A model generated the notes under the pieces. The model saw nothing but the letters and a program-made list of their open reading frames with translations, was not told the origin of the DNA and made no database searches. Shown here piece after piece: positions 18,567-28,593 of a stretch of DNA of 64,000 nucleotides (within the stretch, counting starts at the first letter, position 1; the number at the start of each line of letters is the position of its first letter). The position numbers were made by a program, and so were the translations under genes. Source of the stretch: Promethearchaeati archaeon (lineage in GTDB: Archaea > Asgardarchaeota > Heimdallarchaeia > Heimdallarchaeales > Heimdallarchaeaceae); contig JABLTJ010000001.1 in assembly GCA_013166775.1 (NCBI GenBank), forward strand, positions 192,001 to 256,000, in the 5' to 3' direction.

Positions 18567-19922
18567 TTACTTACTAGCGTACTTTTTCCACCAGTTATTT
18601 ACAAAATGAAAAGTGTTTTTTGAAGGCAATTTATACCTGATTAATGGTTTAACTAGATGTCTTTGTGCTTGAGCAGGTGGAATGTATAAACCTAGTTGGA
18701 TTTCTCGCACAATAGGAATTTTTAACTTGGAAATATGACGATTTTTCTGTCCACATTTTCTACATTTATATCCCTTCTCTTTTCCATCACTAGTCATTCG
18801 TTTTCCACATTCTGGGCAGAAAGGGGATTCTTCCTTAAATTGATCTGCAATGGAAATGATTTCACATTTTTCCAATTGAATTGTAAAAGACTGAAATTCT
18901 CTTTTATATCTTACACTACCATAGGCTAGAATTTTATCTCCAACCATTAATTTTTCAATTATTCTTCGAAAGCTCTTACTTGGCTCGAAAGCTGCTACGT
19001 CAACAATTTTGCTTGATTCTGTAACCGTACCTTTGAAAATTATATGACCTCCAACGAGAGCTCGAGGGGGATTGATAACCTCGATTTCACCCTTGAATGT
19101 ATTAAAGTTGCGAATTGCTGAAGTTGAATATTTAAAGTGTTGGTCAGTACCTTGATTCGTTCTAAAAATACAATAAGCTTCCATTGGTTCTTTTATTTGT
19201 ACTATCTCTAAAGCTTTCAACAGAACTTCTGCTTTTTCTCCTCTTATACCATAAAGCACTGGATCAAGTCCTGTGGGACATATAATCGCTTTTCCCGTTT
19301 CTTCATCAATGTTATTAAAAACAAGTGGTGATAGCTCACTATCCATTTTTTTTATGGATTCGAAATCTACTTTTCTTTTTGTACCAATAGAATGTGAAAT
19401 CCGATATGTCAAAAGCTCGAATGTAAAATCCTCTTCCTGTGGACTAAGAGTGTTTCCAATTGCTGCTAATGCACCAATTATCCCTCTACCGTTTCCAATT
19501 AAATGATATTCTAAACACAATTTCTTAGCTACTATCTTTGCATCATTAATTGAAATGACATCTGTAAGTGCTCTCTGAGCAAATTCTTTGAGTTCCAAAG
19601 GTATACTCCCTTTAATAACAGCAATACCTGGGTTTGTATTTGGATCCTTTTGGTAAAGTTCTTCAATTGTCTCAATAGACATAGAAATGATTTCTTTCAA
19701 ATCTTCTTCTTTAACCCCCAATGTCAAAGCAATGGCACCATTACCTCTTGTTCGCCATGGAACATTGGGATTATTACGAATTAATCTTGGATAATCTAGA
19801 AAATCTACTCTGTTGTATATTTTTTCTATAATCTTAGTTGCCAAATGTGTGGTACAATTTCCTTTAAGAGAATCTGTATCATCAAAACCAATGTGCAACG
19901 TAGTTTGTGAACTAGACGTCAA
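18567..19922 (-). CDS. tiaS: tRNA(Ile2)-agmatinylcytidine synthase
   Basis: GFDDTDS, CTTH, NPNVPWRTRGNGA, PVLYGIRG, TNQGTD, CPECG zinc ribbon and RHLVKP. Confidence 0.93.
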   Translation of the reverse strand: MTSSSQTTLHIGFDDTDSLKGNCTTHLATKIIEKIYNRVDFLDYPRLIRNNPNVPWRTRGNGAIALTLGVKEEDLKEIISMSIETIEELYQKDPNTNPGIAVIKGSIPLELKEFAQRALTDVISINDAKIVAKKLCLEYHLIGNGRGIIGALAAIGNTLSPQEEDFTFELLTYRISHSIGTKRKVDFESIKKMDSELSPLVFNNIDEETGKAIICPTGLDPVLYGIRGEKAEVLLKALEIVQIKEPMEAYCIFRTNQGTDQHFKYSTSAIRNFNTFKGEIEVINPPRALVGGHIIFKGTVTESSKIVDVAAFEPSKSFRRIIEKLMVGDKILAYGSVRYKREFQSFTIQLEKCEIISIADQFKEESPFCPECGKRMTSDGKEKGYKCRKCGQKNRHISKLKIPIVREIQLGLYIPPAQAQRHLVKPLIRYKLPSKNTFHFVNNWWKKYASK

Positions 19923-19961
19923 GATTTCTCAATTCAAAATAAAAAGAGGAAATATAAAAAA

Positions 19962-20726
19962 TTATATAGAGTACCAAATCTCACCGGATCTGTCTTTTGA
20001 GATATTTATGCATCCTATTTGTTTCGCTAGATTCTCTATTCTATCTTTTAGGTCTCCTCTCCAAATTCGCATTATCTCTGCTAACTCGGAAAGAGATACG
20101 CGATTTTTTGGTTTGGTGATAATTACTTTGAAGATATTTCTGAATATTTCTCTGTCATGGTAATCAAAGAGGATTTTTTCAATAATTTTGTTAAATCTAT
20201 AGTATGCTTCATTGATTTCTTCAGCATACTTATTGCGTTTCTGATCTAATTCTTTAATCTCTTGGGCTTTGTTTTTAATAAAAACTTGAATGTCTTTTGT
20301 TTCCTTTTTAAGCTCATCTATCAGTTTATTTCTATGTGCTTCTTGTTCTGATGCCTTAACTGGTTTTGTTTTTATTTCTTCTTCTATAATTTCTCCTGTG
20401 GGTAGATATTTAACATTGAATGTGCTTTGACCTACATCTATTATTAGTGAAAATGCTTTGTTGAGACTTGCATATCTTCTATCTGGACCTTTGCTACTTT
20501 TCTCTTCTCTAATGGAGATCAACCCTAATTTCTCCAAGTCCTCAAGATACTTACCAATAATACGCGGTGATACATTCATCATTCGAGATAATTGAAATGG
20601 ATATAGATCTTCCTCTCCAAGAAGTTCAAGGAGCTTTCTTCTTGTTGAGCTAGATAAAAACTCTAATAATTCAAAAACATCCATTTCTTCTTTATCATCT
20701 GTTCTGCCCATCATTTTTCTCACCAT
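19962..20726 (-). CDS. ArsR-type winged-helix regulator with coiled coil (HSR1/Phr-like heat-shock regulator)
   Basis: LSSSTRRKLLELL...YLEDLEKLGLI...GPDRRY; last gene of the hsp20-cdc48 operon. Confidence 0.75.
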   Translation of the reverse strand: MVRKMMGRTDDKEEMDVFELLEFLSSSTRRKLLELLGEEDLYPFQLSRMMNVSPRIIGKYLEDLEKLGLISIREEKSSKGPDRRYASLNKAFSLIIDVGQSTFNVKYLPTGEIIEEEIKTKPVKASEQEAHRNKLIDELKKETKDIQVFIKNKAQEIKELDQKRNKYAEEINEAYYRFNKIIEKILFDYHDREIFRNIFKVIITKPKNRVSLSELAEIMRIWRGDLKDRIENLAKQIGCINISKDRSGEIWYSI

Positions 20727-20745
20727 TAATACAAAAATTTAGGGT

Positions 20746-22974
20746 TTAAACAAACCCTGTCTCGTCTTTTGAAATCTCTTTTCTTGCTTCTTTCACCATT
20801 GCATTGGCTCTCTCATCTGTAGGTTTAATTTGTTCCAGTGCTTCTAGAAGAATTTCTTGAGTTATTTTACATTCGCATTTTTCTTCATCGAATTCTCCAC
20901 TCTCTAATTCTTCCTCATGTTCTGCAACATAATTTTTTATTGCGATAAGCTTTCCTTCACTACAAATTGCTGCAATGTCTGCCCCTGAAAATCCTTCAGT
21001 TTCACGTGCAAGGTCTTCTAAATTAACATTATCAGATTTAGGCGCATCCTTTAAGTGTATCTTAAATATTTCCTTCCTTCCTTCAAAGTTTGGTGTTATC
21101 ACTTTTACTAAACGATCGAATCTTCCTGGTCTCAACAATGCAGGATCTACCATATCTGGTCTATTTGTTGCAGCTATTACAACTACATTCCTTAATTCTT
21201 CAAGGCCATCTAACTCAGTTAGTAATTGACTGATTACTCTTTCAGTAACACCAGAATCAGAGCTTCTCCCTCTTATTGGGGTAATTGAATCTATTTCATC
21301 TAAGAATATAACACAGGGAGCAGCTTGCCGAGCTTTACGAAAGATTTCTCTTATAGCTTTTTCACTTTCTCCAACCCATTTAGAAAGTACTTCTGGACCT
21401 TTTATAGAAATGAAATTTGATTCAGATTCATGAGCAACTGCTTTGGCTATGAGTGTTTTACCTGTCCCGGGTGAACCATACAGTAGAATTCCTTTTGGCG
21501 CATCTGCTTTCATGGCTTTGTAAAGTCCTTTGTACTTCAATGGCCACTCAACTGCTTGACGCATCTCTTTCTTAACTTCGCTTAATCCTCCTATATCATC
21601 CCATGTTACATTAGGATCCTCAACAAAAACTTCTCTAAGCGCTGAAGGTTCCACTGTTTTTAGTGCATTCAGAAAATCTTCGTTTCTTACATCTATCTTC
21701 TGCAAAACATCTAGAGGGACTTCTTCATCTTCTAAATTAATCTCTGGTAAAACTCTTCGTAATGATTGCATGGCTGATTCTTTAACTAAAGCTGAGGTAT
21801 CAGCTCCTACAAAGCCATGTGTTAAATCTGCTAATCGTCCTAAATCTACATCTTTATCGATAGGCATTCCACGAGTGTGAATTAGTAGAATTTCATAACG
21901 TCCATCTCGATCAGGTATCCCTATTTCTATTTCTCTATCGAATCTTCCTGGTCTTCGCAATGCTGGATCTATGGCGTTTGGTCTATTAGTAGCTCCGATA
22001 ACAATTACTTGACCTCGAGATTCTAACCCGTCCATTAACGCAAGTAATTGAGCTACTACCCTTCTTTCAACCTCACCTGTTACTTCCTCCCTTTTAGGTG
22101 CAATAGCATCCAATTCATCTATGAATAAAATACTAGGTGCATTATCAGAAGCTTCCTTAAACAAATCTCTGAGTTTTTGTTCAGATTCGCCATAAAATTT
22201 GGACATTATTTCAGGTCCTGATAGTACATAGAAACTAGCTTCAGTTTCATTAGCAACTGCTCTAGCTAGGAGGGTCTTTCCAGTCCCTGGAGCTCCATGG
22301 AGCAGTACTCCTTTAGGAGGTTCAATTCCTAATCTCTTAAACAATTCAGGATGACGTAGAGGTAATTCTATCATCTCTCGAATACGCGAAATTTCTTCTG
22401 ATAAACCCCCAATATCTTCATAGGAAATTCTCTTCACATCTGCTGCTTTGACATCGTCCCAAGGTTTGTCACTGATTTGGACATTTGTTTCTGAAGTCAT
22501 AATTACTGCATCTGCTGCTGGAGTTATCGCTGCTACACCAAGATAGATTCTTCGTGACATTCCCAAACCGATTGGAATAATATCCCCAGCTGTTAGAACT
22601 CTGTCTTCTAGAGTTTGTTTCAACCAGGAATCAATCCCCTTAACTTGTACCTTTTCAGTTGGAGCAAAAACAATTTTCAGTGCTTTTTTAGCTGAAGATT
22701 TTTCTATTGCTGCTCGATCATCAATTCCTATTTCAGCATTCATTCTAACCATTCGATCAAGACGAACTATGCTCTTACCAAAATCTTCTGGAGTTCCTCT
22801 CCAAGCTCTTGCATAGGTTTTCTTCCCGCCTTCAATACTAACAATATCTCCAGTACCTATACCTAATTCATCAGCAACATCCTGTGATATCCTAATAATA
22901 CCCCTTCCAACATCTCTTTGAAGGGCTTCTTTGACTCTTAAAAACTTCTTATTTTCTTCTTCTTTTTCAGACAT
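20746..22974 (-). CDS. cdc48: CDC48/VAT/p97 AAA+ ATPase
   Basis: N domain (RDVGRGI); two AAA modules with [14 protein letters not shown] and [14 protein letters not shown]; RPGRFDR arginine fingers. Confidence 0.96.
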   Translation of the reverse strand: MSEKEEENKKFLRVKEALQRDVGRGIIRISQDVADELGIGTGDIVSIEGGKKTYARAWRGTPEDFGKSIVRLDRMVRMNAEIGIDDRAAIEKSSAKKALKIVFAPTEKVQVKGIDSWLKQTLEDRVLTAGDIIPIGLGMSRRIYLGVAAITPAADAVIMTSETNVQISDKPWDDVKAADVKRISYEDIGGLSEEISRIREMIELPLRHPELFKRLGIEPPKGVLLHGAPGTGKTLLARAVANETEASFYVLSGPEIMSKFYGESEQKLRDLFKEASDNAPSILFIDELDAIAPKREEVTGEVERRVVAQLLALMDGLESRGQVIVIGATNRPNAIDPALRRPGRFDREIEIGIPDRDGRYEILLIHTRGMPIDKDVDLGRLADLTHGFVGADTSALVKESAMQSLRRVLPEINLEDEEVPLDVLQKIDVRNEDFLNALKTVEPSALREVFVEDPNVTWDDIGGLSEVKKEMRQAVEWPLKYKGLYKAMKADAPKGILLYGSPGTGKTLIAKAVAHESESNFISIKGPEVLSKWVGESEKAIREIFRKARQAAPCVIFLDEIDSITPIRGRSSDSGVTERVISQLLTELDGLEELRNVVVIAATNRPDMVDPALLRPGRFDRLVKVITPNFEGRKEIFKIHLKDAPKSDNVNLEDLARETEGFSGADIAAICSEGKLIAIKNYVAEHEEELESGEFDEEKCECKITQEILLEALEQIKPTDERANAMVKEARKEISKDETGFV

Positions 22975-22996
22975 ATAAACACCTTGTTTTCAAAAA

Positions 22997-23662
22997 TTAG
23001 TTGATAGGGATGTCAGTTTCATCACCGTTTGCAGCATCAAGAAGTTTTAGTTTAACTTCAAGAATACCATGTTTCATTGTAGCAGAAATTTTCTCATCCC
23101 TATCAATTACTTGTTCAATGGGAATTCTGGTATTCACCTGTTTTTTCCCATTGTTGGCAGCAAGTAACAATCCGTTTTTTACCAGCTTCAGATTAACATG
23201 ATTTTTGGCAAAACCAGGTAATTCAACAATAAGATAAAGTTCATTTTTATCTTTATCAACTTGAAGATCATAAGCTACTTCATAAGATAAATTTTCATCT
23301 TTCACAGAACTAATTGCTTCTTCTTCTTTAGCAGATACAAGTTTAGGTTGTTCAAAACCACCAAATATTCTATCAAAAGATGGAAAGATTTCAGCGAAAC
23401 GTTCCAAAGTTTGAGAGAAAAAGTCATTATTCCAATCAAAGGATCTAGTGATATTGGTTAAACGATCTATGAAATCATTACCAAAATCTTCTGGTATTTC
23501 ACCTATTTCTCGATATTCTTCTTTTCCTTCAGAATCTCGTTTATAGTCGTAGCCATATTCTTTTTCTAAACCATTAATGTTAGAATAAAATCTTACACTT
23601 CTGAAAGCCTTATTTAATCCTTTAAGGTATTCATCTATGTCCTTCTTATCCTTCTTATTCAT
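22997..23662 (-). CDS. small heat-shock protein Hsp20
   Basis: VELPGF, ATMKHGILEV alpha-crystallin motifs and C-terminal IPI. Confidence 0.85.
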   Translation of the reverse strand: MNKKDKKDIDEYLKGLNKAFRSVRFYSNINGLEKEYGYDYKRDSEGKEEYREIGEIPEDFGNDFIDRLTNITRSFDWNNDFFSQTLERFAEIFPSFDRIFGGFEQPKLVSAKEEEAISSVKDENLSYEVAYDLQVDKDKNELYLIVELPGFAKNHVNLKLVKNGLLLAANNGKKQVNTRIPIEQVIDRDEKISATMKHGILEVKLKLLDAANGDETDIPIN

Positions 23663-23860
23663 TTTTACTCACTGTAAATCGTTTTAAACAAATGCCCAAA
23701 ACTCAAACCAGTATTTACTTTTGGGTTTTGAACCTTATGTATACTACTGTCGTTTATTGATATTTAAGTGTTTGTATTCATAAAATGAATGTGATTCCTA
23801 TTATAGATTTAAATTTCTTGCCTAAACTTCATTAAAAGAAGAATTAGAGATATTTGTTTA

Positions 23861-25954
23861 TTAAAGCTCAATGTTGCATCTGTCACAGAAGATTTTTATT
23901 GCATAAACTTCTTCATTGCATTTTTTACATATTGCTTTCCCACTATCAGACTTTTCTTCTTCATAAATATTCTTCAGCTTAACTATATCAATACCTGTGT
24001 CTTCGAATTGATAATCCAATAATTCAAGTCTGTCAAAATAATCCAACCATGCACTGATTGCTATGATTACTGCTCTTCTGACTTCAGGATTATTGTGTTC
24101 TAGATGTTCTTGTAGAACCCATATAACTTCGATACAATCATAGATATCAAAATTAGTTTGATTTTCTCTATACATCCTCTGTAGTATAGATGCAATATGT
24201 ATTTTAAGAAAATCATTTGACTTCTCAAATAAATCTAAGTAAGGTCTATAGAAACTATAACATTCAACCTCTTTGATTACTTCAAACAGTTCTTCTTGAA
24301 CGGTTTCATCATTTATTTCAATAGCGTCTAATATTGCTAAACATAAATCTTCTTGGAAAAAAAATTCTCCAATCCTGTAACACTTTTCGAATAATTTGTA
24401 AATCAAATTTCTAGCTGTATCATCTTTAAATTTCCCTTCTTTAAATAATTCTTTTATATATGATTGCAATGATTTTCGAAAATCAAATTTTCCTACTATT
24501 TCTAAGATTTTCCAAGCAATTTCATCAGATAGTCCCCATTCAAAAAGGAATAATAATTTGATTAAATCTGATGACTCTTTTACATTATATTTATCCTGTA
24601 TTTCGTATGAGAAGTAATCATTGAAAATTTCCATTATCGCATTTAATATCAATTCCTTCATTTTGATTTCTTCTTTCGAAGCACTCTCAATAAGAGGTTT
24701 TACTACTTCTGGATTACTAGTTTTGCTTAGGAATTTCACAGCCTTTTTTCTAATGTTCCCATCTTTACTTGATAAATCTTTTATGTAAGGTTCTAATATC
24801 TCTTTATCTCCTAGCTTCCCTAGAACTCTTTCTGCTTCTTTTTGTACATCAGAATTCTGATCCTTCAGCATTTCTCGAAGAATATTTTTAGAATCATAAG
24901 TATCCAGGAAACTCAGCAGTATTATCACATTTCTCCTTATTTCCCAGGATTCATCTTTTAACAATGAAAGAAAATAATCTATTGATGTTAGATTTTTATT
25001 CATCTTTTTAATAAGAGTTCTTACAATATGGAAATTTATCTCTCCATCTGCATCTACTATTCTATTAATAAGTGAATGAGTTGCTTTTGGTTCATCTAAT
25101 TCTCCTAAAGCCTTTACAGCATTTAAGTGTATAAAACTCATCTCTTCGTTTAATGCTTGAATAAAGATATTTAATGCCTTTTTAGTTTTTAATTCTCCTA
25201 AAATTTCTACAACATTACTTCTGACATGTGGATTTTTATCTTTATATGCATTTATTAATGCTTCAATAACTTTTGAATCACTGAAATTCCCTAGAGCAAG
25301 AACTGTAGCTTCTCTTACCTCATCACTAGTATCATCTAGCATTTCTATTAAGTATGGAATAGTTCTAGAATCACTTATTTTACCTATCGACTTAATTGTC
25401 CTTATCTTAATAGCTTCATCTTCATCTTTAAGTAGGTCAATTAGCTGGTCTATAGGCTCAGATATACCTATTGAGCCAAGTGCATCAATGACTTCAATTC
25501 TAGCTTTATCCTTATTATCATATAAATTATCCAATAGAATTGGAATTGAACGAGAATCTTGCAGCTCTCCGAGAGTCTTAATGATCCAAACTGACCTTGT
25601 AATCCCTCTATTCAATATCTCTATTAAAGATGGAACAACAGAGGAATCTCCAATTTTTCCTATTGTTTCAAGAATCTCTTCTTGAGTGAGTATTGTTTCA
25701 ATTTCGAGAAGTCTTAAAAGAAATGGTAAATACTTATTATTTCCAGATTTTCTTATATTCTTGATAATATAAGATTTATCATTGCTTTTTATTTGTCGAA
25801 AAGATTCTCCTAAAACTTCTAGAATTTCATCATTTGAATCAGTTTCAATCGCTTCATTTATCTCTTTCTCTAATTTTCTTAAATCTAGATTATACAGAAG
25901 ATCGTTTTTTTTCTTTTTAATTCTTTTAGAAATATCCTCCTCATTTCCTTCCAT
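23861..25954 (-). CDS. HEAT/PBS-lyase repeat protein with C-terminal zinc ribbon
   Basis: Many LxxLLxDxxxxVRxxAxxALG repeats; CKKC...CDRC at the C-terminus. Confidence 0.8.
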   Translation of the reverse strand: MEGNEEDISKRIKKKKNDLLYNLDLRKLEKEINEAIETDSNDEILEVLGESFRQIKSNDKSYIIKNIRKSGNNKYLPFLLRLLEIETILTQEEILETIGKIGDSSVVPSLIEILNRGITRSVWIIKTLGELQDSRSIPILLDNLYDNKDKARIEVIDALGSIGISEPIDQLIDLLKDEDEAIKIRTIKSIGKISDSRTIPYLIEMLDDTSDEVREATVLALGNFSDSKVIEALINAYKDKNPHVRSNVVEILGELKTKKALNIFIQALNEEMSFIHLNAVKALGELDEPKATHSLINRIVDADGEINFHIVRTLIKKMNKNLTSIDYFLSLLKDESWEIRRNVIILLSFLDTYDSKNILREMLKDQNSDVQKEAERVLGKLGDKEILEPYIKDLSSKDGNIRKKAVKFLSKTSNPEVVKPLIESASKEEIKMKELILNAIMEIFNDYFSYEIQDKYNVKESSDLIKLLFLFEWGLSDEIAWKILEIVGKFDFRKSLQSYIKELFKEGKFKDDTARNLIYKLFEKCYRIGEFFFQEDLCLAILDAIEINDETVQEELFEVIKEVECYSFYRPYLDLFEKSNDFLKIHIASILQRMYRENQTNFDIYDCIEVIWVLQEHLEHNNPEVRRAVIIAISAWLDYFDRLELLDYQFEDTGIDIVKLKNIYEEEKSDSGKAICKKCNEEVYAIKIFCDRCNIEL

Positions 25955-26130
25955 AGAATAGATATATTTTATTCATATAAAAATATCAAGTTCATTATTT
26001 GAATATACTGCAAATATTGAAATAACTTCAACCAAAAATGAGCCAAAAGTATTTTTTTCTGGAATGGGTGAATTCTTCTCAAACAGATATCTTTAACACT
26101 TTCAAGGACCCTAGATAATATTGAAGTTAT

Positions 26131-26301
26131 ATGTTAAAGCAGAAGACAATAAGAAGAGCAAGTTATTTCTTTAATGATGAATTAGATGAAAAGGATGTTC
26201 AAGCAATAACTAAGAAGCCTACAAGATCTATTTATGAACGTGTTGCTACAAAATCTCGGAAATGGATGAAGTACATCAAACTTCGCTTGAAGAACTCCTA
26301 A
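26131..26301 (+). CDS. possible 56-aa small protein or gene remnant; not in ORF track
   Basis: Open ATG..TAA frame MLKQKTIRRASYFFNDELDEKDVQAITKKPTRSIYERVATKSRKWMKYIKLRLKNS followed by T-tracts. Confidence 0.3.
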   Translation: MLKQKTIRRASYFFNDELDEKDVQAITKKPTRSIYERVATKSRKWMKYIKLRLKNS

Positions 26302-26343
26302 CCCATTTTTCCTGTTTTTCAGTAAATTCATAATTACAATTTA

Positions 26344-27132
26344 TTATTCATTCTTGATGTTTTGGTCTTTGTCTTTCAAAGGTTTATCAAAGATAGATGG
26401 CGCAATAACAAAAGAACAATTTTCTCTCCATTCACCGATTTTCTTTGAACTTATTATAAATGGTGCTGGTGTTATTTTGTTAGCATAGATTAGAGAATCT
26501 CCATGATTTCTTTCTAAAAAGTCTTGAACAATTCCATACAATTTTGGAGATAAATAATACTCAATCTCTGGATGATGAAGAACTGATATTATTTGATTTT
26601 TTTTATCTACTTTCTTGCTGCCTATTTTTCTTATAATTTTAAAATCAGTGACATTCAGCTGCTCGTAAGTGTCCAAAATTTCGTGTTCTTTATCTAAAGT
26701 CATAATCCCTAAAATCTTGTTTTCATCCATAATAATTTCAATTCCTTGAAAATCTGATACCTCTTTATCCATAATTATACCTGTTTCTTCCTCAAACTGT
26801 TCTGCAATATTTAAAATACTCATTTTTCCGCCTCTTAATATTTTTTCTAGTTCTTTCCATTTTTCGTCAATATCTTTGAGGTATTTGGAAATCTCTCTTC
26901 CTTTTTCTGTAAGTTTATACACTATACCTTCTTTAGTTATTATTGAATTCTTCAAAAGGAAATTAAGGTGATAGTTGAAATTTCCAGTACTATTTAATGG
27001 TAAAATATAGTCAGTGGAATCAAGTAAATCGGAATAAGCTGCTTTTTCAGCTTCATCCAATCTAGTAATAATAATATTTCTTGTAGGATTTGTTATTAAA
27101 GAGAAGATATCTTTTTTCCTCAAATCTATCAC
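26344..27132 (-). CDS. winged-helix (ArsR/DUF-type) domain protein
   Basis: NPTRNII...STGNFNYHLNFL...YKLTEKG; C-terminal domain not recognised. Confidence 0.7.
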   Translation of the reverse strand: MIDLRKKDIFSLITNPTRNIIITRLDEAEKAAYSDLLDSTDYILPLNSTGNFNYHLNFLLKNSIITKEGIVYKLTEKGREISKYLKDIDEKWKELEKILRGGKMSILNIAEQFEEETGIIMDKEVSDFQGIEIIMDENKILGIMTLDKEHEILDTYEQLNVTDFKIIRKIGSKKVDKKNQIISVLHHPEIEYYLSPKLYGIVQDFLERNHGDSLIYANKITPAPFIISSKKIGEWRENCSFVIAPSIFDKPLKDKDQNIKNE

Positions 27133-27271
27133 TATTTTATATTTTTCAGAATTTTATTTAGGGATTTTTGACTAAGAGTTAGTCTTCAAAGCAAAATTAT
27201 CAAGATATTTCATTATAAAATGTTGTGAAGAAAAAGAAATTCTTATTATGTCTTAAGAGACGAGTTTAGAT

Positions 27272-27850
27272 ATGGTAAAAATAATAAAAAGATGTTGGGG
27301 AGAGAAAGATGATTTAGCTAGAGCATATCATGATGAAGAATGGGGTGTTCCTGTTCATGATGATAAAACACTGTTTGAGTTTATAATATTAGAAGGTGCT
27401 CAAGCAGGTTTAAACTGGATGACGATTCTTAGAAGAAGAAAAGGGTATCATAGAGCTTTTGATGAATTCGATTTTAATAAAATAGCAAAGTATGATCAGA
27501 AAGATGTAGAAAGATTACTTCAAGATGAAGGTATTATACGAAATAAGTTGAAAGTAGCTGCAACTATTCAAAATGCTAAAGTATTTTTAGAAATAAGAGC
27601 GGAATTTGGTACTTTTGATAAATATATCTGGGATTTCGTAGACAATAAACCTATAAATAACAATCCTAAAACTTGGAAAGAAGTACATCCAACAACAGAA
27701 GTTTCGGATGCTATTTCAAAGGATTTAAAGAAACGAGGGATGAAATTTGTGGGAAGCACGATTATCTATGCTTTCATGCAAGCTGTTGGCATGGTAAATG
27801 ATCACCTTATAGAATGTTTCAGACATAAGGAAATTGTCTCATCGTATTAA
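27272..27850 (+). CDS. tag: DNA-3-methyladenine glycosylase I
   Basis: RCW, YHDEEWG, LEGAQAGLNW, GIIRNKLK, FVGSTI and NDHLIEC (Zn ligands). Confidence 0.93.
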   Translation: MVKIIKRCWGEKDDLARAYHDEEWGVPVHDDKTLFEFIILEGAQAGLNWMTILRRRKGYHRAFDEFDFNKIAKYDQKDVERLLQDEGIIRNKLKVAATIQNAKVFLEIRAEFGTFDKYIWDFVDNKPINNNPKTWKEVHPTTEVSDAISKDLKKRGMKFVGSTIIYAFMQAVGMVNDHLIECFRHKEIVSSY

Positions 27851-27939
27851 GATTAATACCTTGTTTCAATGTAAGATTTATGAACTAGTGGAATCAGCAA
27901 AATTACTAAATTCAATAAAATAAAACATAGGTAGTAACA

Positions 27940-28578
27940 TTGCTAGAACGTGAAAGATTTGCTGTATATTCTCATTTAATTGGACTTATAATAGCTATAG
28001 GAGGTTCAGCATTTATGGTTTACACCGCTATTATAAATGCTACTCACCGTTTTATAGCTCCTTTATACAGTTTTTCTGTTATCTTGATTTTTGCTTCTAG
28101 TACTCTTTATCATTTTTTTAAGAAAAAAGAAGACGAAATTTCTTTTTGGAGAATTCTAGATCATGTAGCTATATTTGTAATGATAGCAGGATCTTATACT
28201 CCTTTATCTTACATCTATTTATCTGGAGCTTGGCGTTGGGGTATAATATCTGCTCAATGGTTTCTGGTTCTATTAGGATTAATTCTCAAACCTTTTTCTC
28301 TCCATATACCTAGATGGATCGAGACATGTATTTATTTGCTAATGGGGTGGATGGCTATTTTTCCAATTAGACAATTTATCTCAATTATGCCAATAACTGT
28401 AATGATTTTAGTTTTCACAGGAGGCTTAGCTTATACTGTTGGAGCAATTCTCCACATAATGAATAAACAGGTTATTCCTGGAGTTTTTAGCTTCCATGAC
28501 ATTTTTCATATTTTTATCATTATAGGAGCAGCTTGTCACTATTTTGCGGTCTATATTGCAATTACTACTCCTTTTTGA
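27940..28578 (+). CDS. hemolysin III / PAQR family membrane protein
   Basis: SSTLYH, LDHVAIFVMIAGSYTP, YLLMGW and HDIFHIF motifs. Confidence 0.9.
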   Translation: MLERERFAVYSHLIGLIIAIGGSAFMVYTAIINATHRFIAPLYSFSVILIFASSTLYHFFKKKEDEISFWRILDHVAIFVMIAGSYTPLSYIYLSGAWRWGIISAQWFLVLLGLILKPFSLHIPRWIETCIYLLMGWMAIFPIRQFISIMPITVMILVFTGGLAYTVGAILHIMNKQVIPGVFSFHDIFHIFIIIGAACHYFAVYIAITTPF

Positions 28579-28593
28579 TTTGACTGAATTTCT

